Source: Octopus sinensis (lineage: Eukaryota). Taken from it: 64,000 bases of DNA. Below, piece by piece: positions 1 to 11,812 of the stretch. The position numbers were made by a program, and so were the translations under genes. The stretch spans positions 73,718,001 to 73,782,000 of the forward strand of contig NC_043000.1 in the NCBI RefSeq assembly GCF_006345805.1, given 5' to 3'. The stretch's first letter is position 1. Each line of letters begins with the position of its first letter. A model generated the notes under the pieces. That model was not told the origin of the DNA. It worked only from the letters and a program-made list of their open reading frames with translations, and ran no database searches.

Positions 1-165
1 CAGTCATCCTCATGGGAACAGATTGCCATGAATCGCCTGGAGGACTGCTATCCGCAATGGAGCCAGCTCTTTCGAGCAGAACAGACAACAGAATAAGGTC
101 AGCCGAGGAGGCTGATTAGAAACTGACCAACTCAATGCTCGGATACGAGCTGCAGCCAACGACGA
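1..165 (+). mobile_element. 3' end of RTE (BovB-like) LINE
   Basis: Frameshifted translation WEQIAMNR/AWRTAIRNGASSFEQNRQQNK resembles the RTE C-terminus also seen at 25168-25479 (WEAAASNRGDWRRTVKEG); runs into a (TG)n tract. Confidence 0.55.
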
Positions 166-169
166 TGTA

Positions 170-171
170 TG

Positions 172-216
<45 letters not shown>

Positions 217-238
217 TGTGTGTTGTGTGTGTGTGTGT
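170..238. repeat. (TG)n microsatellite
   Basis: Direct reading. Confidence 0.95.
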
Positions 239-570
239 TTATATATGTACATATACACATACATATATAGAATTTGAAGTGTTTTCAAATGAAATATTAA
301 AGTTTCAAAACTTATTATTTGCTAAAATGACTAAATACTAAAATAGATAATGGGAATAAGTTTACATTATTACACGTTTTCTTAAGATATATACTTTAAG
401 ATTATTCAATTATACAATTGAAAATAAGCCATACAGCTGTTGAAATTTCATAGTCAATGTCAATATCGTTAATACACACCTACACGCGCGTGTATGCATA
501 ATATATAGTCAGTGAATTATAAAAGAGGAGCACGCTCTAAGTTATAGAGCAGTAGAGCAATGAAATAAAG

Positions 571-789
571 ATAGTTATGTCCGGTCTAAGGTGTTACCCT
601 GGGTTTCACGTCCATAAAGCGCTTAGTTTGACTACGTTTCTCCGGACCCTCGTAGCTACGATGATTTTTCTCCCTCCACTTTAAAGAGTGTATATCGGCC
701 ACCGGCCTTTAAGGTCTGAAGAAACGCCGTAAGGGTAAGCGTTTTATGGACGTGAAACCCAGGGTACACCATAGACCGGCCATAACTAT
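571..789. mobile_element. MITE-like inverted repeat (~80-bp arms)
   Basis: 571-650 ATAGTTATGTCCGGTCTAAGGTGTTACCCTGGGTTTCACGTCCATAAAGCGCTTA... is the imperfect reverse complement of 710-789; TA at both outer ends. Confidence 0.55.
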
Positions 790-799
790 AAAGAGAGAC

Positions 800-3725
800 C
801 TGCCTGATGGAGCGACTATGTGACAATAGATCAACCTCTGATCTCTCATTCCCCAACTTCGATATGCTCCAGAGAAGCTAAACTCTCTCTGCCACTGGTT
901 CCGAACGGAAATAACACTACCAACCCCACCACTCCTACAACTTTCCCCCCCACCACCACCACAACCACCAGACCTCCATTCTAGTCCTACCTTGGGAACC
1001 AATGCTGTACTCCCTCGATTGAGTTCCAATGCTAGCCCTCTACACCTGACTGTGCTCTCTGTGATTACTCTAGCCGTTACTTAAAGATAATTGTCACCTG
1101 TGCCATCGAAATTACCACTGGAGTCGTGTCTGCATCATCAAGGCTCAAGCCGAAAGTCTTCTATACTGGACCTGCAGTCAGTGCCACTTCAGCTCCAACG
1201 CACTCCGTAGAGACGCCTCACGCTCCGATAACCAGCTCTCAACTGAGGACTTTGCTGCAGTCCTCTAGAGTTTATCTAAATCGAAGCTCGTTAACCGGAT
1301 CCCTAAGGGAGCTCGGAATAGTTTTGCTCGCGCGCTCTCCAGCTTGTTGAAAAACCTATGTTTATCCAACAATGCGTCTGACTGGCAGAAACTGTTTCCA
1401 TTCCTCCGCATCTCTTTCCACGTGCATGATATGAAATAGGGCTCCCTTACATCCTCTCTCAAGCGACAGTTCCAACTACTTGAGTCCTTCCCGACCACTT
1501 CTCGCCTCAATTTGACATCGAGCACAGTGCCTACCGATAGACAACCGATAAACCTTAAACGCGCAGTCAATGCTAAATTCAGCGAATTCGACATAAAGGG
1601 TCTGTCCGTTTCCCCTCTTCTCTATCCTCCCTCGCTCCGTGTAACTAAGTCTCTTAGACCTCTGAAAGAGAAGCACCCATCGGCACCCCCTGATAATCAA
1701 CTAAACTGGTCCGATCCCCCCAGAAAACTTGAGACCGGTCTTCACCTCTGATAACATCAGAAAGGCGATTTCATCCTTCCTTGCTGGTTGAGGTGCGGGA
1801 ATTGATGGCCTTCGCCCTCAACACCTCAAGGATGGTATCTCCTTATCAGCCGGTAACGCCGGACTTGAATTTGACTCAGTTTGTGAACCAGTTCTCTTCA
1901 GGGAAATCCTCCCTTATATCCACCCACTATTCTCCCGTGCAAAATTATTTGGGCTCACCAAACCCAATGGAAACTTGCGCCCCATTGCGGTCGGCTGCAC
2001 CCTTCGGTGTCTCACCGCAAAGGTGTGCTTACAATTGGTCTCTAGCTTATTGGAGGAGATTGGGCACCAAATTGGGATGTGAAGCTGCCGCCCACTCTAC
2101 CAGAGCCTATGCCAACTTGCCCTTCTTGTCACCCAAGGTCATCCTCAAACTTGACCTTAAGAATGCCTTCAACTCCATCAGCCGCGATGCTGTCCTCAGC
2201 TCAATAAGAGAGAAGGTCCCACAACTCTACCGCCTTACATGGTAGGCTTATCGGAGCCCTCCTATCACTTTTTCGGTGACCAAATCATCACCTCTGGCTC
2301 AGGAGTTCAATAGGGCGACCCACTCGGGCCCGCTCTGTTCGCACTGGACATTGATGACATTACTAAGATGGGCGTCGAGCTAAACCTCAACGTCTGGTGT
2401 CTCAACGATGCTTGTTTGGGGAGTGGGGGACCTTTGGACATGGCAAATATGATGGTTGGGGAGCTTGGTCGCCGGGGTCTCCAAGTAAACAGCTCCAAAT
2501 GTGAGCTCTGGATCCTCAACCACTCGGTTTCTCAACATCAATCAACTATTGACCTTTACGCAGAGTCTTTCCCTTCCACTGCAGTCTCTCCCCCATCGGC
2601 TTGGTGCTCTCTAGGTGCTCCAGTCACTGAACTTGCCTTTGAGTCCATCTTCCAGTCGAAGCAATTGCTGAAAAATATTGAAGCTATCGAACCCCATCAA
2701 GGTTTTTTTATACTTAAGAATTACCTCTTAATTCCTAAGCTTCTATATCTACTTAGAGTCAGCTCATCTTACCGATTCCCATCGTGCCTCCAACGCTTCG
2801 AGAACCTAATCTTTGAGAGACTCGCATGCTTAGTCGATGTCAGACTCTCCAACGTCCTGCAATCAGGCTGCATTACCCAAGTGATTTGAAGGTCTTGGTC
2901 TTCGTAAGTGTACGTCCCTCTCTCTCCCCTGCTTCCTTTCTTCCACCCACGCCTGCTCCATCCTGGTGAACAACATCCGCTCCAACATGGACCAGTTCTA
3001 ACAGGAAGTTGGATGACGCTCTCCAATACTGGAGGGAATTGGGCTTGTCTGCTCCTGAGAAGGTGGAGGACTGTCAGAGTCAGAGAACTTGGGACATAAT
3101 TTCGAAGGCCACTTTCGACTCTCTCTTCATCCAGTCGGACCACTTTTCAAGGTGCTGCTTACTGTCTGCTAGCGCCAAATACTCAGGTGACCGGATTGAT
3201 GCCATTTCCGTGGCTAATGTTGATGGCTTACTCAGCTTGGACGAACTTTGTGTCTGCATTGCCCTCAGTGTGGGAGCCGATGTATGCACGGATTTGATCT
3301 GTCATTTTGGCAGGCTTCTCGACTCCACAGGCCTCCATGACCTTTCTTTCCACCTGAATGCTGGTCGCTTCGCGCGTCATACGGAGTTGAACCTGAGACT
3401 CAAGAGGAGCTTGGCCCGAGCTAACGTCCCCTCCATCTGGGATGTCACAGATAGCGACTACTTTGCTTCTCACATCCTGAATGCTGCAGTCAGGGCGATA
3501 TCTACAGCTTCTGCGGCCGAGCGGAACAAAATCCTGAAATACCGCGATCCGTCGGCCAACTACATTTTCCATCCTGTGGGGTTCGAGATGTTTGATGGGG
3601 TCGGACCACTACTGCGAGATTCCTGTCAACTCACCTTGCAGAGGTAACTGGTGAGGCTCGTGAGGGCGCTTGGCTGTTCCAGCGAATCAGCCAATAACCA
3701 TTAGAGAGGTTTCCAAGCGTCCCCA
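800..3725 (+). mobile_element. Decayed CRE-clade non-LTR retrotransposon (RT + restriction-like endonuclease)
   Basis: Across frameshifts: KRAVNAKFSEFDIKG, KLFGLTKPNGNLRPIAVGCTLR, ILKLDLKNAFNSISR, GVQ*GDPLGPALF, WCLND (YxDD decayed), GLQVNSSKCEL, RHTELN..IWDVT, AAERNKILKY, FHPVGFE, LFQRIS. The PDG part of the RLE is deleted. Many stops. Confidence 0.8.
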
Positions 3726-4456
3726 ACTTTTCAACCTAAGGTGGTGAATTGTTTTGATTTTTTTTCTTTTTTCTCCTTTTCTTTTTTTCATTTTAATTTT
3801 TTCAATTGTGTTCTGTTTTGTCCAGTTTTCTATTTTGATTTTGTAAAACGGTAAACACTGTGAAAGCAATAAAATTACCTTAATTACACGTACATACACG
3901 CACACAACTTGAACATTGTTTCTATTACTTTTTCCTCATTGACTGTCTCATCTCCAAAGACTTTTTTTAAAGCTATCCAATGTGTTCCACCGTCTTGATC
4001 GTTTTCTCCCACATCTTTTCTGATCTCTCAGAATCCAGTCTGTCCAGCTATTTTAACTCATTCTGTAAATAAGTCAAGTACATCTATATTCCAATAATTT
4101 TATGAACTTGACATCATTTACATTTGCTTTGAAATCTAATTGTCTTATGGTCTTTCAACATTATTTCAAACGTTTTAGAGAGCATATTGAGTTGCTTTTA
4201 ACTGCCTTGTTTGATATTTTGTCAGGTTCTAGGTTTTTTGCAAATTAAGAAATTGCTGCGATGACACTTTGACTTTGAATTCTTTTATTAAGGTTTAGGG
4301 CTAGTTCAAGGTATTGACCAAGTTATTTCTGTTTTTTAACTGTATTGTTCTAAGTTAGTTTAAGTAAATTTAATTATTTACAATTTGGAAGGTTTCCTCC
4401 GCTTAAGCTTCAGGATTTTTATCAATCAGTTTTCGAACAGTTGTTTTATTTTTGGA

Positions 4457-4950
4457 GCTTCTTCAGAAACGTACCTCTCCAATTAAATCAAACGCAATAA
4501 AGAAAATGTTATGAAAATGGAAAATATATACAAAATAAATGATGCATGCAAAAAATTAGATTCACCCATTTTAAAATATTTTGTACAAAAAAAAAAACGG
4601 GAGCGGGAAACGGGCACTCGTGGAATATAAACAAACATGTCAGACGAAACAAGGCACGGTAATCTACTTTTTAGGGTTAGGGTTAGTTTTAGAGTTGGGG
4701 TTAGTGTTAGGATATCATTAATAATGCCCGATTGGTAAAAGTAGATTACCGCCCCTTGTATCGTCTGATATGTTTATATTCCACGAGTACCCGTTTCTGT
4801 TTTATTTTTTAGTATAAAATATTTAAAGACGGATGATTCTTTCTAATTTTTTTTCTTTGCATACATAATTTATTTTGTATATATTTTCCATTTTCATAAT
4901 TTTTCTTCATTGTATTTGATTTAATTGGAGAGGTGCGTTTCTGAAGAAGC
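4457..4950. mobile_element. Foldback/MITE with telomere-like spacer
   Basis: Arms 4457-4671 and 4737-4950 are imperfect reverse complements; spacer has TTAGGGTTAGGG TTAGTT TTAGAG TTGGGG TTAGTG TTAGGA. Confidence 0.75.
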
Positions 4951-5159
4951 ACCTTTTTTTTTTAACGTTCATTTTTGATGCATATATAACATGCGAGTGA
5001 CTATTATTTTAATTCTGAGAAATTGTTACAAGCAAAAAAAAAAAAAGTGTTATACATATGATATCGTTAATTTGTTATTACAATTTACGAGTATAACCAT
5101 TGATTAAACACGATATTAATTACGATTTCTAGTTATCAGTAATATGCAAACTCACTTAC

Positions 5160-5213
5160 CCGAGACAGTTTCCCATGCTTGATGTCTTAATGTTACGAGT
5201 ATAGCACTTGTAC
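5160..5213 (-). CDS. Candidate host exon (54 nt)
   Basis: Minus strand ggatttgtag|GTACAAG...CTCGG|gtaagt; contains AGCATGG (strong Kozak) giving MGNCLG, or reads GTSAILVTLRHQAWETVS in another frame. Splice-site pattern only. Confidence 0.4.
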
Positions 5214-5439
5214 CTACAAATCCGATAAATTCCACTGTATTATTATAATTTCGTTTCCCAAAAGACTGCTTGAGGCTGTACTATGTAGAATGCTACTTGT
5301 GAGTTGACAATGACAATATAACTATTTAGGAGTCGATACTACGACAACTATTGCCGAGTCGATAGTGTTAGTATGACAAAAGCTACTGCGAAATCAATAG
5401 AGATTATGTGACAACAGCTCCTGCGAAATCAGTAGAGAC

Positions 5440-5860
5440 TATGGTGTACAACACACAAGTGGTCGCCACCAGTAAAATGGAGAAATTATCAGAGGACGAT
5501 ATCGAGGAGTGTCTAGGAAACATAACGAGGGAGGCTACTTTTATTGGCAGAGGAAGAAGATACGGCACGGTGGAGCTGAGGATTGCCACCAAAGAAGAGC
5601 TGGCCCCACATTCCACCACCATTCTGGGGTCGAGCAAGGTAGCGCTGTTGCCCACGTATAGGGGAAGGTGCAGTGTTCGAGTCAAATTAGCGAGAGTGCC
5701 ACCCGAAATCAAAACAGAGTGATTGGTGGCAGCTATTCTGGCTGTCACTGAAGACAATCAAGAACTGGGACCGATAGGAGTGACAAAAATGTTAAACTGT
5801 TGGGGATTCGGAGTTGAGGAGTGGCTTTTTGCCACATTTGAAGACATAGATCGAATTATT
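5440..5860 (+). mobile_element. L1/Tx1-type ORF1 fragment (copy A)
   Basis: GRRYGTVELRIATKEE..LLPTYRGRCSVRVKLARVPPEIKTE; near-identical (inverted) to ~8730-9080. Confidence 0.7.
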
Positions 5861-7410
5861 GCACACTAGGGGCGAACATAGAAGGGACAACACACAACAT
5901 GTGGGGACACAAAGCGGGCAGAAAAAAAAGAACGTATAAAAACATGAAATGACAATGAAGAAATGAAAATCAAGTTACTCGCTCCACCTCCGAGAAGCTT
6001 CACTTCTTTCTTACCTTAAACTCCGTTCCTTCCTGTATGTCTATTCCACACTCCTTTGTAAGGTCCGTATACAACATCTCATCTGGAAATTTACTTTTGT
6101 CAATATTTACCCTCCACATAGTCTACCCATATTGGGGTTTCTATTTTTCGTTGCCGATCTTCCGATATCAAAATGCATGCGTGTCACCCTTTTATATTAA
6201 CCTTCACTTCCATATTAACTAACATTGTGTCTTTCCACGTCATTGTGTCATCAACCAGTTTTCTATTCGAAGTGTCGTGTAACATACATGCAAAACAACT
6301 TTCTTCCTTGGCTGGGGGAGGGGAAGTTTGAGGATTCCTGTGTGTAAGTGCTTTCTTTTTTTGCTTTTGTGTCGGGGGGAGAGGGTGGGTTTGGTACTGC
6401 GGGGGAAGGGTGGGATTGGGAAGGTGTGTGGGGTGGGGTGGGGTCTTAACTCTGTCTGATTCGCCTTTTACCTTTTTTGGTTTTTATTCTCTGCAACCTT
6501 CCATGATTCGTCGTCCTTCACTTCTGTTGGTACTTCCTTCTCCGCTCTCGCTGGTTCTTCCTTGGTTTTCTCCTGGCTCTTCTCAGTTGGTGAAGGGCAG
6601 TCCGCTCTGTTGTGGTCTTTCAGGCCATATTTCAAGCATCGAGGGATTCTGCGCTCCACCCTAACTCTCAACACCGCCTCCCCGATTGTCACCGTCTCCA
6701 CCATATTTTCCAGAGTCCAAAGTTTGGCCGGCCTTTCCAATTTAAAGCTTCTGACTTAGTGGCCTGGAGGACTGCTATTTCATCCTCGTTACCCAGGAGT
6801 ACAGCAGCCGCTACCCAGGCCACGTAGGTGGAATCCCCTCCACCCTCCACCCTCACCCTGGAAGCTCTCCTTCCGAGGTATGGGCGTAGAAGTACCACAC
6901 TTTCCGTTCTTAGCGAGGCTGCTGAGTATTGTTTCGCCTTGGCTGCCTCTCTGAGGTGAACCCCCACTGTGCCGAATCGGTTTCCTATTACATATCTTGC
7001 CAGATTGGTTTCAGGGCCTTTTCAATTTTATCTGTCGATATTATTTCAAATTTTCTCTCTTCAATTGAATATACTTTATAAATAATTGTTTTCTCATACA
7101 TTCCTTTCATGACATCTTAGGGTGCGCGACAACTTTACATCGCCACCTTCTCTGTGCAACATCTGGTAATTTTTCAACATTGTTAGATTTACTTCCTTAT
7201 TTTCTACTTCTGTAACTCTTGAATAACTTTTCTTATTGTCCATTTTTTTTTTTCAATTTTCTCTATTGCTCTTACGAGTTCCTCTTCCGAAGAAGACAGC
7301 CCAAAAGAGCTGTAATCCTCGTATAACATCATTGGCAACAACTGCTTCAAGGCAGCAAAAAACAGTTCACAAAGTGTTCAACACAAATTTTTCAACGATA
7401 AACAACAATT
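5858..7410 (-). mobile_element. ORF1-only Tx1-like element (copy B)
   Basis: IIYKVY..RFGTVG..VLLRPYLGRR, zinc-knuckle remnant RIPRCLKYGLKDHNRADCP, C-terminal region, then 3'UTR ending CCCCTAGTGTGCAATAA; no ORF2 seen. Confidence 0.65.
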
Positions 7411-7436
7411 TTTAACTTACAAATGACAACTCCGTT

Positions 7437-7522
7437 CAACGCCGACCAATGCCTTGTGAGTGGATTTGGTAGACGGAAACTGAAAGAAGCCTGTCGTATA
7501 TATGTATATATATATATATATA

Positions 7523-7562
<40 letters not shown>

Positions 7563-7785
7563 TGTGTGTGTGTTTGTGTGTCTGTTTTTGTCCCCCTAGC
7601 ATTGCTTGACAACCGATGCTGGTGTGTCTACGTCCCCGCCACTTAGCGGTTCGGCAAAAGAGACCGATAGAATAAGTACTGGGCTTACAAAGAATAAGTT
7701 CCGGTGTCGATTTGATCGACTAAAAGGCGGTGCTCCAGCATGGCCGCAGTCAAATGACTGAAACAAGTAAAAGAAAAGAGTAACC
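7437..7785 (+). mobile_element. tRNA-derived octopus-type SINE, 5'-truncated, with internal microsatellite
   Basis: GCCTTGTGAGTGGATTTGGTAGACGGAAACTGAAAGAAGCC..(TG)n..GGCGGTGCTCCAGCATGGCCGCAGTCAAATGACTGAAACAAGTAAAAG; shared with 34898-35285, 14515-14882 and 24885-24950. Confidence 0.75.
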
Positions 7786-7802
7786 CGCGAAATCAATTGA
7801 GC

Positions 7803-9370
7803 CTCTTTTCTTTACCCACACAGGCTACAAAGAGGTGCCTTACAATACAAAAAAAAATACCAAACAAACTCGGGGAACTAAAAATTACAAAAAAGGAAAT
7901 CAAGTAAAGAAGAAAAAATAAAAGAAACGAATGGAATTATGAAAGAATGATAAAAATGAAGCGCAATGCCCACTAAACCTTCGAAGTCGAGTGGTTACAT
8001 TTATACATGATTTTTTTTACAGCCTTTCCCATTTTTTAAAACATAAAATTCACATTCTCATCCTCTTTTTTTTTTCTATGCTGTTCATACGCCATTCTTG
8101 TTAGTTCCTTGTATTCCATTACAGATGGCGGAAGGTCACGTAACCATATCCTGTCTCTCACACTTACCGATCCACCGAATGTATCCATAAATCTATCAAA
8201 CCTTTCGTCCTGCACCATAATTCCTCTATCATCTCTGCTAAATTCTTCTCTGGGTAGCTTCACCCTCACCAGTCCTTTCCATTTTACTATTCTTTTTCCA
8301 CCTCCGCACTTTTTGTAGACTATCAGGAATCTCTTATAATTACATTCTTCTGTTTGCTTGTTTGTTTTTTCTCTACTGCTTGTGTATTTTTAGATTTAAG
8401 TTGTTCCCTACCTTTTTGTGGCTTCTCGGTTTCTTACTTTCTTCTTTTGGGGCTAACAAACCCCTCACTCCCCTCCTTTACCTTTTTCACCTCGATCTTT
8501 TCTTTCTCTTTTGCGTCACTGACGCACTCAACATCGCTTTTGTCTTTCCTTGTTTCAGTTCTTCCTTCCATCTCATTTTCCTGTTCCTTCTCTACTTACT
8601 CTCTCAGAGCAAGTTCTAACTTGGGGCACTGTGTCTTCATTCCGCATACATAACAATTAGGTCGACGTCCCTCTACAACAACTTTCAACTTACTTTCCTC
8701 CGCAATCTCAATCTGGTAGGGGATTCGCTCTATGTCTTCTCAACTCCGAATCCCCAACAGTTTAACATTTTTGTCACTCCTATCGGTTCCAGTTCTTGAT
8801 TGTCTTCAGTGACAGTCAGAATAGCTGCCACCAACCACTCTGTTTTGATTTCGGGTGGCACTCTCGCTAATTTGACTCGAACACTGCGCCTTCCCCTATA
8901 CGTGGGCAACAGCGCTACCTACCAGAATGGTAGGTGGCAATCCTCAGCTCCACCGTGCCATATCTTCTTCCTCTGCCAATAAAAGTAGCCTCCTTCGTTA
9001 TGTTTCCTAGACACTCCTCAATATCGTCCTCTGATAATTTCTCCATTTTACTGGTGGCGACCACTTGTGTGTTGTACATCACCGTCCCATCACTCCCATC
9101 CTTTACTGTCTCCTGCGGAGGGACCAGTTTGATAGTGCCTACCTTAAGAAGTTGTTCACTTCTTAAAACCTCCTACATGTCAACTATTATGTACCTCGCT
9201 TCTAACAGCGTGGCTGCTTTCGCCCCAGCGGTCCTTGCATAGCTTTCCATGCTAGAAAAACTAAGTTTTTTTCCCATCCACAATGGGGAGAAAAAGAGCA
9301 AAAAGCAATAACAGCAGCAAATAACAAATACACGCAAGTCGCAAATAACAAACAGAAAATCAGTTGAACC
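7803..9370 (-). mobile_element. ORF1-only Tx1-like element (copy C)
   Basis: 5' leader, ESYARTA, RRM-like region, GRRPNCYVCG knuckle, C-terminal WKGLVRVKLPREEFSRDDRGIMVQDERFD, ~230-bp 3'UTR; no ORF2. Confidence 0.7.
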
Positions 9371-9394
9371 CTTCACTTTTTTATTACCCATAGG

Positions 9395-11115
9395 GGGATG
9401 AATAAAGAGGTTTTTACGGCCAAAAGGACATTACAAAACATAAAATCGGAGAAATAAAAATACAAAAGGAAAATCGAGCAAAGAAGAAAAATAAAAGAAA
9501 CGAGGGAAATTATGGAAAATGATATAATGAAGCGCTATGCCCACTCGATACCCGAAATCGAGTACCTACATTTGGACATAATTTTGGACAGTTTTCACTT
9601 CTTTTTATTTTTCCATTTTTTAAAAGTAAAAGTTCACATTTTCATCATTTTCTTTTTAAATATTGTTCATCTGAAGTTTTCCAACCTTGCATGTTCCACC
9701 AGAGTCAGCATTGCATTAAACAACACCGGCACGTCAATCATCATCACCAATTCACGGTAAGAATTTTTTTTAAATGTCGTACCTTTCGTCGTTTACCGGC
9801 ATACATCTCTCATTTTCCCTGAACTTCTTTTTGGACAACTTCACTCTTATCAAATTCTTCTACTTGGGTATCCGTTTTTCCACCTCTATACTCTTCTTAT
9901 AGTAAATTATAGATCCCTTATTCCTTGTAATCCATTTCTGCTGGTTCCTCTCCACCTCATGCACAAATTTAGACGGCTCTCCACCTTTTTTTTTTTTGGA
10001 CGTCCTCTCAGTTTCTGCTGCTGGTCCCGGTGAGTGTTCTCTAGACTTTGCTTTCTTCCTCCTTTTGGGGCTGACAAACCCGTCACTCCCCTCCATTGTC
10101 GCTTTCTCCTGTCTTCCTCAATATTTTCTTTCTCTTTTGCATCGCTTTTGTTATTCTTCGTTTCAGTTTTTCCTTCCATCTCCAATTCACGTTCTTTATC
10201 CTCTACTTTCTCACTCTGCGCATGTTCCCTCAGCGTATGTTCGTACATGGGGCACTTTGCTTCATATGACCCCTCACTTCACAAATGTAGCAATTGGGTC
10301 GACGTCCTTCCACAAACACGTTCACAGAACTCTCCTCCGCAATCTCAATTTGGTAGGGGATCCTTTCAATGTCTTCAAATGTGGCAAAAAGCCACATCTC
10401 AACTCCACATCCCCACCAGTTCAACATATTTGTTCTTCCCACTGGTCCCAGTTCCGGACTGTCTAAGGTGGCAGCCAGAATAGCTGCCACCAACCACTCT
10501 GTTTTAATTCCGTGTGGCACTCTCGCGACTCTGATTCGAACCCTGCGCCTTCCCCTATACGTGGGTAGCAGCGTCACCTTGTCCGACCTCAGAATAGTGG
10601 AGGAGTGTGAGGCCGCCTCCTTTTTGGTAGCAAACCTCACCTCTACCGTGTCATACCTCCTCGCTCTGCTAACAAATATCGCCTTCTTCATTATGTCTCC
10701 CAGACATTCCTCAACACCTTCTTCTGATAACTTCTCTATTTTGTTTGTGGCGACTGCTTGTGTACACCACCGTCATATCGCTTTTATTGTTCACTGTTTC
10801 CTGCGGAGGAACCAGCTTGATAGCGTCTCCCTCATGCACAAATTGTTCACTTCTTAGAACTTCTTCCATGTCAACCTCTATCTGCCGCTGCGGTTCTAGC
10901 ATAGTTTTCTATTATAGAAAAGATAAGTTTTTCCTCATCCACAATGGGGAGAAAAACAGCAAAAAACAACAACAGCAAAGAAAACAAATACGCACGAGAC
11001 ACTTCAACAATAAATTTCACAGTACTGATAACAATATCACCAGTCTCAAAAACACAACCTTCCTCTGTCAAACCGTGGTCAAAAGTGACCAACTCAAACA
11101 GCAAATCAATGGAGC
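9395..11115 (-). mobile_element. ORF1-only Tx1-like element (copy D)
   Basis: ORF 10230-10691 RRYDTVEVRF..LLPTYRGRR..GRRPNCYICEVRGHM; C-terminal KNLIRVKLSKKKFRENER; 3'UTR homologous to copy C, ending GGGTAATAAAAAAG. Confidence 0.7.
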
Positions 11116-11119
11116 AGTT

Positions 11120-11812
11120 TTTTTTTATTTCCCACAAGGGGACAACACAGAAGGGGACGGCACAATCTGAATGGGGTCAGACATAACAAATGATTTAACA
11201 CAATTATGAAATTAAAAATTTTACAATATATAAAAAGTTCGAATGGTGAGACATACCAAGACATTACAACTAGAGTGGGAGACAGGTTAGCCCATTCTGC
11301 TGCCAGTTCGCATAGACATTTGCCAGCAGGTGCCCAAACAAGTCTGGCATACTCTTATACAACTCATAGGGTAGACCATCCAGTGCCGACGCCTTACCCA
11401 CGCCGCAGTCTGCTATAACCTCAATTACCTCCTCAGGCGTGATCGGTCCTTCACAACGCCCCGCGTCCTGCACCGAGAGGCGCGGCAGCCCGGCGAGGAA
11501 GTCCGTTAGGTCCCTCCTACTGTCCGGTCCGCCCCCACCCCCACACACGAAAAGCTGAGCGAAGTGCTCCTGAAAGGCCTCACACGTTTCCTCGGGCTCG
11601 TTTATCAACTTACCTCGTTGGTTCGTCAAAGATCGAATTGTGCCATCGTTTCCACGTTGGGCTTCCACCACTCGGGCCCATCCCGCGGCCTTGATTCCTT
11701 CACAACCCACTGCACGAAGCACACAACAAGAAACCAACTTTTACAATACCTGTAATAACAGCAATTTCAACAACACTAATCAATACCATTCACAAGCTCA
11801 CAGCAAATCAAT
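11120..11812 (-). mobile_element. Internally deleted L1/Tx1 ORF2 fragment (copy E)
   Basis: CEAFQEHFAQLF..PITPEEVIEVI..GKASALDGLPYELY (L1/Tx1 linker and RT start) fused to a 3'UTR ending CCCCTTGTGGGAAATAAAAAAAAA. Confidence 0.7.

Noticed and set aside
10-341. ORFs rich in HT/VC/YI repeats (also near 16080, 17300-17830, 31191-31670, 40357-40785, 43451-43926)
   Set aside because: Translations of TG/TA microsatellites.
4671-4712. True telomere or chromosome end
   Set aside because: Only a few degenerate units, internal to a foldback element.
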